DNA of 64,000 bases from an uncultured Phycisphaerales bacterium (GTDB lineage: Bacteria; Planctomycetota; Phycisphaerae; Tepidisphaerales; Tepidisphaeraceae). Below the pieces are notes generated by a model. That model made no database searches, was not told where the DNA came from, and worked only from the letters and a program-made list of their open reading frames with translations. Of the stretch, positions 42,465 through 53,122 are shown one piece after another (position 1 is the first letter of the stretch; the number at the start of each line of letters is the position of its first letter). The DNA lies in contig CAVWVQ010000004.1 in the NCBI GenBank assembly GCA_963758525.1, positions 32,001-96,000 of the forward strand, given 5' to 3'. Position numbers and translations under genes: made by a program.

Positions 42465-45400
42465 ATGCGAGGGTTCATTTCTGACAAAATCGTAGTATCG
42501 AAGCGAAACAAGCGCCTTCTGACCGCCGCGGCGGCGGCTCTGCCGTTGTCTGGGATGCTGCTGAGCCAGTCGGCTTGGGCCGCCAATACCGAGCAGAACG
42601 TCAATAATGGCTCGGCTGATCTCACTAATGCCGCCAGCTACACGCCCACTGGTGTGCCGACCGTCGCCAGCGATGTGACCTTCAACGCGGTGACTTACAC
42701 CCCCGCCGCATTCACGCTCAATAGCAGCCAGACCTTCGGCTCGCTCAACGACCTGAGCTCTACGGCACTGACGATTTCCAACACCAGTTCCAGCGGCACG
42801 GGCGACACCCTCACCCTGGGCGGCACGGGCGATCTTGGCGATGGCGTTCTGGGCTCAAACTCCAGTGACCTTCTTTTCGTCAACACCGGCAGCAACCTGA
42901 CCCTGACGGGCGGCAGCGGCGTAACGGCCTTGGGCCTCGTCCTCGGCCAGAGCGGCAACTTCGATGTCTCGGGCACGGCAACTATTAGCTCTGCCATCAC
43001 CAGCACCGGCACGGCCAACCTGACCAGAACAGGATTGGGACTTCTCACGCTTTCCGGCGGAATCAACAACACCGGAAGCTTCACCAATTCGGGCACTGCG
43101 CCAACTATCTACCCCATCGTGGGAATCGCTGCTCCGCCCGCCGGGTCTACCTACATTAATGGCACGGTCGGCGCCAGTGTGACCGGGATCGTTCAGAACG
43201 GCACTTCGGACCTGGTTCTCAATAATCTTGGCTCGACCTACAACGCAGGCATCACGATTCAGAACGGGGCCGTGCTAATCAGCGTCGGGGCCAACGCGCT
43301 GGGCGCCACGACCGACACCGTTTACCTGGGCAACGGCTCGACGACCTCAAACGCGACGTTGGATTACGCGGGCAACATCGCCGGTTCAGGCGGTGCCAAC
43401 CACACGTTCGTCAACCCCATCACGGTCGGCTCCAAGACCGGTGAGGGCGTGAATGTCATCAGCGCGTCTGACTATAACCTGACACTGAACGGGCCGATCT
43501 CGCTGACCGGCGGCGACCTGACCCTCGCTCCGTTTAATACTGGTAGCAGCACCATCACGGTCACCGGCGGCATCACGGGCACGGGCAACGTGTTCGTTTC
43601 GGACGTGGATAACAAGAACAGCAACATCGTGACCCTCAGCGGCAGCCAGATCAATAACAACGGCACGATCACTTTTAACAACGCACCGATCAACGGTGTG
43701 CTCGCCACCGCCGCCAACACCGGTACGAACGTCGTCAGCGCCAACATTGGGTCCAGTGTCAAGCAAGTCATCGAAAACAGCACCGACCCGCTGCAACTCT
43801 CGGGCGCAAATGCTTACACAGGGCCAACCACGATCTTAACCGGCACGATCAACGAGACGGGCGGGTCACTCGCCTCGACGACCCTGAACGTCGGCGCCGG
43901 CACGTTCAACTACTCGAAAACGGGCGGCACGCAAGGCTTCACGACCACGAACCTCACCGCCGGCGCGACCATCAACAACACGAGCGCCACGGCAACCCTC
44001 AATCTGGGCACGGTGAGCCGCCCGGTCGGCACCGCCGTCGATTTTGGCATCACTGGAACGGTCAACATCGTCAATGCCAACACCGGCACCACAATTCTCG
44101 GCGGCTGGGCCACGACCGGGGGCGGGGCGAACTGGGCGGTCAGCGGCGGCAACGGCAGCACGGCCGGCGCCATTACTGCTCTCGGTGTCTACACCACGGC
44201 GAACGCCACGGCGGCAGCGGACAATGGTGCGGATATCGACGTGAATTTTAGCACGGCAACGAACACCACTGCTTCGGGCGCGATCACCCCGAACAGCATC
44301 CGCTTCAGCGGCGCGGCCGCGAACACGCTTACCTTGACGGGCACGAACGTCGTCGCGACCGGCGGTATCCTTGTTACCCCCAGCGTGGTCGGCAACGCCT
44401 CAACGATCGCCGGCGGGACGCTCGAGGGCTCATCCGGCGGAGACCTGGTCGTCAATCAATGGGATTCCAACGCCGCCGGTACCTTGACCATTTCATCGAC
44501 CATCGCAAACAACGGCAATGCGACCGCATTGACCAAGGCGGGTCCGGGAAAACTAATCCTCTCGACCAACAACAGCTATACGGGCGGCACGTATATCGTC
44601 GGCGGCACCCTTGCTGTCACCGCCGACGGACAACTCGGCGGCGGCACGAGCGGAAGTCCGACCACCATCACGATCAACGGCGGCACCCTGCTAGACAACG
44701 CCGCCGCGAGTTTCACGCTTGGGTCAGGCCACATCTTAAGCATCGGCAGCAGCGGCGGCGGCATCTCTTCCACGGGAGGCTTTAACCAATCCATGGTCCT
44801 GGGGACCACAAACCAGTTGACCGGGAGCGGCACACTTACATTGAACGGGACAGGCGCTGCTAACAGCTCGCTCGTCGTGAGCGCTTCGCAAAGCGGATTT
44901 ACCGGCAACATCGTGATCAACACCGGCCGGCTCGAATTAAACACCAACGGCGTCACCTCACCTCTGGGTAGTGGCACAATCACCATTGTCTCCGGCGCCA
45001 CGCTCGGTGCTTCCATCGTCACCAACTCGAATACCGGCAACACCATCACGAACACAATCTATGTGGCCGGGAACGGCGACAACGGCGCGATCCATAGCAA
45101 GGCGGCGGGTGGGACGACGAATACTTTCAGCGGCCCGATCATCCTCACTGCTAACGCGAGCTTCTATGACGACGTTAATAGCACCAGCATCACGGCTTTC
45201 AGCGGCGGCATCTCCGGACCTTACACGCTGACACTGAGCGGAAGTGGCAGTTATGTCCTGAGCGGTGTGGATACAGAAGCCGCGCTCACCCTCAACAACA
45301 ACGGCGGCACGACCCAACTGAGCGGCAGCGGGACGCTGGGCGCGCCGAACGTCACCCTTAACTTTAGCCAGAACGGCGCCAAACTCGACCTTAACGGCAC

Positions 45401-46538
45401 CAATCAGACGATCGGGACGATCAACAACAACACGGCCACGATCCTCAACAACGGCAGCCAGGCGAGCACCCTGACGATCAACGGCGGCGGCACCACCGCG
45501 ACCGCCTTCAACAATGGAAGCAACACGCTGGGACTCACCGTCGGTGGTGCAAGCACGCTCACGCTGAGTGCGTCAAGCTCCTATTCGGGCGGAACAACGA
45601 TCAACGGAGGCACGCTCGCGCTGACCCCGGCTTCGCCTTCGGTCAATAACATCGCGTCTTCCAAGTTCATCAACGTTGGAAATGCTGCCGCCTTGAACGT
45701 GACCAACGTCGGCGGCGCGGCGCAAACGCGTTCGCGTTGAAAGGCACTGGTACCCAGTCGACCAGTCAGATTCTGGGCGGGACCGGTACCGTGACAGGGG
45801 CCGTCGCCACCGCTAATGGAGCGACTCTTTCCGCGGGAACCGACAGCGGCACGGGAAAAGTGAATGTCGTCGGCGCAAGCTCCACCCTGCTCCCCGCAAC
45901 CGGGACGACCAACACCATCGGGACGTTAACCACCGGCAATCTGGCCCTCGGAGCCTCCACGGGCACCAGCGGCAACCTGGCGATCAAAGTGTCTGATGCG
46001 GCCAGCTCGGGAAACCCCGGGACGGCTGGAACCAATTACGATACGGTTGTCGCGCAAACCATTAGCGTGCCCTCCAATTCGCCCATGCTCCCGGCCAGTC
46101 CCTTCAACGTTCAGTTGCTCGGGTACGGAACCCTCAGCTCACCGGTGGCGAATTCCGCGTCGGTCAATTTCAATTCGAACGCCACATACGTCTGGCAAAT
46201 TGCCTCGTACACCTCCACGACTATCCCGGGCACCGGGGACGGCACGACGGAAGTCCTCACCAACGGCGGCGGTCTGACCGCGCCATCGGCCGTTTCCGGC
46301 CTGTTCAGTCTCGATACCAGCGGATTCGCCAGCGCCAACTCCATCCCCGGAGGCCAGCAGGGCATTCTATCTGGAAGACGTCGGAACCACCGGCGGCGCC
46401 GGAACGCTGGACGTGGTCTACAACGCCACCCCCGAACCCGGGACGGCGGTGCTGGTTCTCGCCGGCGTCGTTCCGATGCTCGGTCGCCGTCGGCGACGCC
46501 GCGGTCGGGATCGGAAGGAAGAAATGCTGGCCCAGTAG
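42465..46538 (+). CDS. large PEP-CTERM surface protein with autotransporter-associated beta-strand repeats (copy 2); frame breaks near 45720 and 46355
   Basis: ORF 42465-45740 (signal AAAALPLSGMLLSQSAWA, ALTKAGPGKLILSTNNSYTGGT) + ORF 45737.. + third frame AFYLEDVG..DVVYNATPEPGTAVLVLAGVVPMLGRRRRRR..EMLAQ* (TAG 46536-46538). Confidence 0.85.
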
Positions 46539-46745
46539 CCCGACGTTCGGGCAGGGACGGCGGGATTCGCAGTGGAGCATATAGTCATCGGCCATCTGGT
46601 GCCCTGCCGCATTCTTGAGGACGGGCACCACGCACCGTTGAAACACCAGCTGGGAGGCTGCCGAAACGCTACTATCGCTTAATTCGCCGTGTTCGGGCTT
46701 GCTAAAATGTGCGCGATGCATCCGGCCGCCCGTCTGGAGGGAACC

Positions 46746-47726
46746 ATGTCATTTATACCCAACGCCCGATCGTCCCCCTATTACAGCGAGCGCCGAGGTT
46801 TTACGCTTGTAGAGCTGCTGGTCGTCATAGGGATTATTGCATTACTGATCGCCCTTCTTTTGCCCGCACTGAACCGAGCTCGCGAGGCAGCCAAGTCAAT
46901 TAATTGCGGTTCGAATCTCCGCCAGATGGGGCAAGCCCTCCTGATGCACGCCAACGACCACCGTCAATACATGCCGTTGGCTGGAGCCCAGTATGCTGGA
47001 CCAGTGCAGTCTTCCGAAGACCTGCCGGCGAATCTGGCCGACAGCCAAGTGCAAAAGTACGACTACTTTATGGATTCCGGCGCCCATCCTGTAGGGGGAC
47101 TGCATCCAACCTCGTTGCCCGCGGCCCTCGCACAGTATCTGGGCGCCCAATCGGTCCGGTCGGACGACTCGACCGATGTGCAAACCGACACCGGCCACGG
47201 GCCCTTGCAGACGATCTTTACCTGCCCATCGGATGAATATGGTATCACGAAGTCGCATAATTGGGTCTATGACCAGTCGCCAGGGGCCCTCTCGTACGTG
47301 ACGGGTTACTCGAGTTACATAGACAATTCGGAGGCCTTTTCCTTTGCTAAGAACCAAAGCGTCCACAATTACGCCGGTATCAGCGGACACTCCCGCGCCG
47401 CCGGCTTTATTCCGGCGATGGCGTATCCCAGTCAGACCGTGCTGATTTGCGACGGATTCGGGGGAGTGGACGGCGCTAATTGCTTTGAGTTCTACGTGCA
47501 CAACACCCCCGGCACGATGGCCGATGCTTACAACGGGACCAAGGGGGGGATCGGACCCAACGCCTTCGACCTCCTCCGCCATCGGGGAAGAATCAACGTC
47601 CTATTTCTCGACGGGCACGTGGAGAACCTCCCGATCCTCAACACCGATGGAACGACCACCGGCCCGGGCGTCAGCGCCTCGGGCGATCTGGCCAGCGTAA
47701 ATGCCAATAACGGCTTTTCGGAATAG
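46746..47726 (+). CDS. prepilin-type N-terminal cleavage/methylation protein (DUF1559-like, H-X9-DG)
   Basis: [68 protein letters not shown]. Confidence 0.92.
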   Translation: MSFIPNARSSPYYSERRGFTLVELLVVIGIIALLIALLLPALNRAREAAKSINCGSNLRQMGQALLMHANDHRQYMPLAGAQYAGPVQSSEDLPANLADSQVQKYDYFMDSGAHPVGGLHPTSLPAALAQYLGAQSVRSDDSTDVQTDTGHGPLQTIFTCPSDEYGITKSHNWVYDQSPGALSYVTGYSSYIDNSEAFSFAKNQSVHNYAGISGHSRAAGFIPAMAYPSQTVLICDGFGGVDGANCFEFYVHNTPGTMADAYNGTKGGIGPNAFDLLRHRGRINVLFLDGHVENLPILNTDGTTTGPGVSASGDLASVNANNGFSE

Positions 47727-47737
47727 AGCTGAAAATC

Positions 47738-48283
47738 GTGGGGATCCGCCAGACGATCAATCAGAGTCCAAAGCTGACCGGCGTCATCGCCGGCGTCATT
47801 GCGCTGTTGGCGCTGTTTCTGATTGCGTGGAATCTCTTCGGCCATGGCAATGCCCAAAATACCTACCGCGGCAAAACATTCTTCTCCGATGACGATGGGG
47901 GAACCTGGTTCATCGATGATGCGTCGCGCCTGCCGCCCTTTGATCACAACGGCAAAACGGCCTATCGAGCCGTGCTATACAGATGTGGCAGCGGGAAACC
48001 TTTCGTTGCTTATCTGGGAAAATACTCCGACGCCCAGTTGGCCCGCATGGACGAAATGAAAAAGGAGATAGCCGCGCGCGATCCGGGAGAGGATCCGGAG
48101 CGGCTGGTCGCTAACCTTCCGATGGATGTAAAGAAACCAGGCGATTCCAAGTGGGAGGCCGGGTTCGCGCCCAAAGGCGCAAACTACGATCCCGCGGCCT
48201 ATGAGAAAGTAACAACGGTCGTTTGCCCCCAAGGCGAGGGCACGCCGGTCATGGTGCAAGTGTCTGACTGGGATGTGCAGTAA
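47738..48283 (+). CDS. membrane-anchored hypothetical protein
   Basis: 181 aa; single N-terminal TM (LTGVIAGVIALLALFLIAW); two Cys; starts 11 bp after the pilin-like gene. Confidence 0.75.
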   Translation: MGIRQTINQSPKLTGVIAGVIALLALFLIAWNLFGHGNAQNTYRGKTFFSDDDGGTWFIDDASRLPPFDHNGKTAYRAVLYRCGSGKPFVAYLGKYSDAQLARMDEMKKEIAARDPGEDPERLVANLPMDVKKPGDSKWEAGFAPKGANYDPAAYEKVTTVVCPQGEGTPVMVQVSDWDVQ

Positions 48284-48428
48284 CTCCCGACGCGATCGCG
48301 AATGGTCTCCCCCGACCGATCCAAACTGCAGTCGAGATCTTTCGGCGGCAGGCAAAGTGGGAAGCATATGTCTCTGCACTTGCACGCGATGTCTATGTTA
48401 AACCCCTTTTTCTAAGGAAACTTCACCG

Positions 48429-48794
48429 TCAGCAGTAACAATAGCTTTCCCAATGATTAAGATGTGAAGAAACCGGGGGAGCCGAGATGGGTTCGCGCGG
48501 GCAGCCTACAAGATCACCAACTTCTCCGTAGCTTGCATTGAACTTATCCGCAGTGCCTGCATAGCAGATCGTGTTGCCCTTGCTCTCGCCCAGATACATG
48601 ACGTAAGCGGTGGCGAGCTGGCGCACGTTCAATGCGCATTGAATCGCTTTGGAAGCCTGACGCGCGCGTTTCAGGGCGGGCATCAAGAGGGCGATGAGAA
48701 TGGCGATGATCCCGATGACGACCAACAGTTCGACAAGTGTAAAACCGTTTGGACGCGAGGCACCCGCCGCGGCGGGTAAACTGTGGCACGACAT
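48429..48794 (-). pseudogene. truncated prepilin-type (DUF1559-like) gene
   Basis: [47 protein letters not shown], then stops at about 120 aa with no H-X9-DG motif. Confidence 0.7.
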
Positions 48795-49165
48795 CAGTCT
48801 GCGCGGCGAATGAGCGGCGGGATGAAGGGGAGGAGAGCTGCTGCTCACTGATGGCAGCCCGACCAGCAACAGCGGGAAATCAGCGCCGGTGCCATGGGCG
48901 TGCTTGCAAGGCCGCATCGTTCCCAACCTTTCCAAGACGTCGCAATTACGGCGGGCCAGCCCGACTCACTCCGCCGAGCACGATCGTGCTGAATCGCACT
49001 TCTGCCTGTCGGAGTTTCCTCCATGGAAACAGTTTTCTGTTGTACGCCAAATAGGTGCTGAAACAAGGGGGAGAAAAGGCAGTTCCTTATATACTTACGT
49101 CGCGCTGAAAGGTCACCGTGATCTTCAACTTGCTCATGGCCAGCCTCCAAGTCGGACCGCTCTTT

Positions 49166-49205
49166 CCCCCTCTCCTGGTATGGAATACCGGGAGAGGGGC
49201 AGAGG
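49166..49205. repeat. REP-like stem-loop downstream of the isomerase gene
   Basis: CCCCTCTCCTGGTA-TGGAA-TACCGGGAGAGGGG, a near-perfect stem. Confidence 0.55.
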
Positions 49206-49273
49206 AGTTCCGGCAATAGCCGGGCGAAGCGGAACACGCTCGCATGTATGCGTATGTTTTCTCCCAGAAGCTC

Positions 49274-51028
49274 TCAGGTTCGCACGTACGCCTGCAAGGT
49301 CGCACATTCACTTCCCATGGCCTGCCCATCCGGGCGAATCGTGTACGCACCAACGACGGCGGGGACAATGAAAGTCTCGGCGTAGTGCACGACAAACGGC
49401 TCAAACGCGCCGGTGGGGCTTTCCACGATGGCTTGCTCCCCTTCCACCAAATTCAGCACGTGGACGCCGCCGTGCGTGTCGTGCTGCACCGGCCCAGTAA
49501 ACCAATGACGGCGAGTTTCGATAAACTCGCGCCGGTGCAGCCCGGTGCGCTCCTCCCGCCAGCCGGGGCCGGAGGCGAGCGGTTCGACGACACTCACGAG
49601 ATGATCGCTGACCCACGATGTTGTGCAATCCCATTGGATATTGGCTATGCCATGCCGCAGATGGATCGGGCGGGGCCTGCCGTCGAGGCCCAGACGACCC
49701 CAGTCCCACATTTTGAAGGTGAAGATGTAGGGAGTGGCGCTGATCTCGAGAACCATCGACCCCGCTCCGCTGCAATGCACGGTGCCGGCCGGGATCAGAA
49801 AGTGATCGTGCTTTTTCGCGGGGAAGCGGTTGACATATTTCTCGGCGGGAAATGGAGCTCCCCCGGCCTGAGCCTGTTGCAGGTCGTCGAGCATCGCTTC
49901 CCGATCGACTTGCGACTTGATGCCCAGATAGACGCTGGCTCCCGGCTCGGCGTCGAGGATGTAATAGCTTTCGTCCTGCGTGTAATGCATGCCAAAATGA
50001 TGCTGGATATATTCGGTGAGCGGATGCACCTGGAAGGAGAGATTGCCGCCGCCGATCGTATCGAGGAAATCGAAGCGGATGGGAAACTCGTCGCCGAAGC
50101 GAGCGTGGACGGGATCTCCGAGAAGCGCCCTGGGCTGGTGGAACACCAGATCGAGTGACGGTATCTCCAGGCGCAGGTCCGCAAAGCCGAGCAGCAGGCT
50201 GTTCTCTTCCGGAACACAGTCGAAGCACCATCCGTAATTGGTCGCGGTGCGGTCCAAATCACAGAACTGCTTCATCCATTGTCCGCCCCACGGCGCCGGG
50301 TCAAAAAAGGGGACAACCCGAAAAGGCCGCGTGGCCGCATGCTCCAGGGCGCGGCGCACGGCGGCGCCATCGGCCAGCTTCGGCTCGGGGCCGTGGGTGT
50401 CGAGAACATAGTCCCAGCGCGCGATCAGCGGCCGCTTCCAGCGATCGCAGACCCGCCAGTCCACAAAAAATGCGCGTTTGTATTGAAGACTTGCCGCCTG
50501 CGTTTGGTTGCTTGCGCCAAGGTTGGCAACCTGATTCCGCCGGTAACGCAACTGCCCCTCCCAGCGGGAGAGGTCGGCATAGACGAGAATGTCCGGCTGG
50601 GCCACCAGGCTGGCCCCGCATCCCACGATCAGCACCACTCCCGGCCCGGCTTGCGCAGCCTGTGAGCGAAGGTGATCAACCTTGGCGGCATCGAAGAACT
50701 GCGGGAGGGTCAGCCCGCAGAGAAAGCCGAAGACCGGATCATCGCCGCCCAGAAAGGGCTCGATCAGCGCGTCGATCTGTTCGGACGGAAGCATCGCGTC
50801 GGCCGCGTGAAGAGTTAGTGCGGGAGTGAGCCGGGTCGCAAGCTCCCGAAGGACCATTTCTTCGTCCACCCCGGTATAGCACTCCACCACCAGAACAGTT
50901 TTAGCGGCGGCGCGATTCGCGACCGCCTGGCGCAGACGTGCTGCAACCTGCGTCCAGCCCTGCACACAGCAGTTGGCGCCGCCGGGCACTTCGATGAAGG
51001 GGAATTTATCGTAGTTGGATGTTCTCAT
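49274..51028 (-). CDS. class I mannose-6-phosphate isomerase-like protein (long form)
   Basis: PFRVVPFFDPAPWGG, EFPIRFDFLDT, NLSFQVHP, QDESYY, LIPAGTVHCSG, VLEIS: cupin metal-binding Q-H-E-H set, with a ~230 aa N-terminal extension. Confidence 0.85.
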   Translation of the reverse strand: MRTSNYDKFPFIEVPGGANCCVQGWTQVAARLRQAVANRAAAKTVLVVECYTGVDEEMVLRELATRLTPALTLHAADAMLPSEQIDALIEPFLGGDDPVFGFLCGLTLPQFFDAAKVDHLRSQAAQAGPGVVLIVGCGASLVAQPDILVYADLSRWEGQLRYRRNQVANLGASNQTQAASLQYKRAFFVDWRVCDRWKRPLIARWDYVLDTHGPEPKLADGAAVRRALEHAATRPFRVVPFFDPAPWGGQWMKQFCDLDRTATNYGWCFDCVPEENSLLLGFADLRLEIPSLDLVFHQPRALLGDPVHARFGDEFPIRFDFLDTIGGGNLSFQVHPLTEYIQHHFGMHYTQDESYYILDAEPGASVYLGIKSQVDREAMLDDLQQAQAGGAPFPAEKYVNRFPAKKHDHFLIPAGTVHCSGAGSMVLEISATPYIFTFKMWDWGRLGLDGRPRPIHLRHGIANIQWDCTTSWVSDHLVSVVEPLASGPGWREERTGLHRREFIETRRHWFTGPVQHDTHGGVHVLNLVEGEQAIVESPTGAFEPFVVHYAETFIVPAVVGAYTIRPDGQAMGSECATLQAYVRT

Positions 51029-51975
51029 GTGAAAAGCGCCGGATGAATTTGACGGAACAACGCCTCCGCGCCAACCAGTGCCGCATCATCCCCCAACGCA
51101 GCGGTAATGACAGGGATTTGCAACGGAATTCCAGGCATATGCCGGGAGAGGTGTTGTTCCATTGCAGGGAGGATGACGGCGGCGCTGCGGAGGACGCCGC
51201 CGCCGAGCAACACGAGTTGGGGGTCGTAGGCGAGCACGGCGTTTTGCAGCACCACCGCCCAAACTCGAAGGCTTTCTTCCAGCAACGACGCGGAACACGC
51301 GTCGCCATGCCCGGCCAGTGCGAAGAGCGTCTCGAAGTCGATTTTCGTGGCACGGTTCAACGCGCTTCCTGCGAAATCCGGACGTCTTCGCGCGCGTTCC
51401 TCAAGCGTGGCGGTCGAAGCGAGGTCTTCGGCGCAGCCGATGTTGCCGCAACGGCTGCGGGCGCCCTGATGATCGATCGTGCCGTGGCCCAGAACCGTAG
51501 CCGCTCTGTTATTGGCGCCGCGAAGCAGACGGCCTGCCGAGATGACCGCGCAACCGATGCCCGTGCCCAGCGCCAGCATCACAACATCCGTCTTCCCACG
51601 CGCCGCTCCGGCAACCCACTCGCCCAGCAGCGCCACGCGCAAGTCGTTCTCCAGTGCCGTTGGCAGGCCCAGTCTTTGGTCGCTCCATGCGGCGAAATCG
51701 ATATCGGCGGCTCCTGGAAATTTGCCGAAGTCACCCAGCACGCGGGGTTGTTTTGGATCGGCCACAAAGGGGAGCGCCAACGCCGTGCCCTTGCAATACC
51801 GCAGAGCGCCGCCCGCTTCCGTCAGCAACTTTTCCCAGGCACAGGCGACCGCTTCGAGCCGCTCAGACATCGGGCGATCGGCGCGCGCCGGGAGCCGCAG
51901 TCGCGCCAGGACGGCTCCCTCTCGCACGATTCCCAGCTTGATCGTCGTCCCCCCAAAGTCGGCGGCAAGAATCAT
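51025..51975 (-). CDS. ROK-family sugar kinase
   Basis: ADFGGTTIKLG, LENDLRVALLGE, LGTGIG, GH..CGNIGCAE; no N-terminal HTH. Confidence 0.9.
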   Translation of the reverse strand: MILAADFGGTTIKLGIVREGAVLARLRLPARADRPMSERLEAVACAWEKLLTEAGGALRYCKGTALALPFVADPKQPRVLGDFGKFPGAADIDFAAWSDQRLGLPTALENDLRVALLGEWVAGAARGKTDVVMLALGTGIGCAVISAGRLLRGANNRAATVLGHGTIDHQGARSRCGNIGCAEDLASTATLEERARRRPDFAGSALNRATKIDFETLFALAGHGDACSASLLEESLRVWAVVLQNAVLAYDPQLVLLGGGVLRSAAVILPAMEQHLSRHMPGIPLQIPVITAALGDDAALVGAEALFRQIHPALFT

Positions 51976-52053
51976 GCGAAGCTCCTCGTCAAACCCGGGG
52001 GCAGTGCAAAGGGGACGAGGATGCGTTGAACTTCCCCGGATTCCAAGCGGTTT

Positions 52054-53115
52054 TCATCGGCTGTCCTTCGCCTGGCTGACGTTGATCAGGACCGCCAGCA
52101 GAATCAGACCGCCGCGCACGACGTGCTGCCAGTATTCACTGATGTTCAGCAGCGTCATTCCATTCACGAGGACGCCCAGGAAGATGACGCCGATGAGCGT
52201 GCCCCACATGGTGCCGGCGCCGCCCAGCAGGCTGGCGCCTCCGATGATCACTGCGGAAATAACGTCCAGCTCCCATCCCATCGCGGTGCTGGCTGAGCCG
52301 GCCATGATCTGCGAAGACTGCATGACGCCGCTGAGGGCCGCGAGCAAACCAAGCGCCTCCCATCGCCACGATTTTGACCTTGCGGACATTGATCCCGCTG
52401 AGTCGCGCCGCTTCGGCATTTCCGCCCACGGCATAGATGGCCCGTCCGAACGCCGTGTAGCCCATCATGATCTGAAAGAAGAGGAAAATGACCACGAACA
52501 CGATGGCGGGGAACGGGATCTTTAGCACGTAGCCGCCGCCCAGGAAATTGTACCAATCGGGAAACGGCGTCAGCGGGAAACCGTTGGTGAGCAACTCGGC
52601 GGCGCGCGCAGCACCGTCATCCACGCCAGGGTGGAAATAAACGTCGGCACCCTGAACCGCGTGCGGAGCATTCCGCTGATGCTGCCGACAAAAAATCCCA
52701 GCAGCAGACTGCTGAGAATCGCCAGCGTGATCGCCAACGGCAGCGACAGGTGCAGGGGAGCGCCGCTCAGCCAGCCGGTGAGCCATGCCGTGAGACAGCC
52801 GGAGAGCGCCACCGCCGAGCCGACGCTCAGATCGATCTCGCCGGCGATGATGACCATCGTCATGCCGAACGCGATGATGCCCTGCATCGACACGTTGCGC
52901 AAGACATTGAGCAGATTGTCGATCGAGAGAAACCCATCCGCCTTGAACGCCAGAAAGATGCACAGAGCCAGCAGCACCAGCTCCATGACCAGTTGCCGCG
53001 CCAGCCGGCTGCTGCGGCTCCAGGCCCCGAGCCGGACTTGCGTGGGTTGGGCGGTTGCGGCGTCAGTTGGCGCGGAGGCTATTGTGCCGGTTTCGTCGTT
53101 GGTTGCCGTTTCCAT
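52054..53115 (-). CDS. sugar ABC transporter permease (RbsC-like), frame breaks near 52608 and 52355
   Basis: GMTMVIIAGEIDLSVGS (ORF 52570-53115), FGRAIYAVGGNAEAARLSGINV (ORF 52136-52963), WELDVISAVIIGGASLLGG (ORF 52054-52434). Confidence 0.88.
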
Positions 53116-53122
53116 GTCGCTT

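Noticed and set aside
34418..46538. Classical type V autotransporters
   Set aside because: Both proteins end in PEP-TM-Arg tails, not a beta-barrel with terminal aromatic residue.
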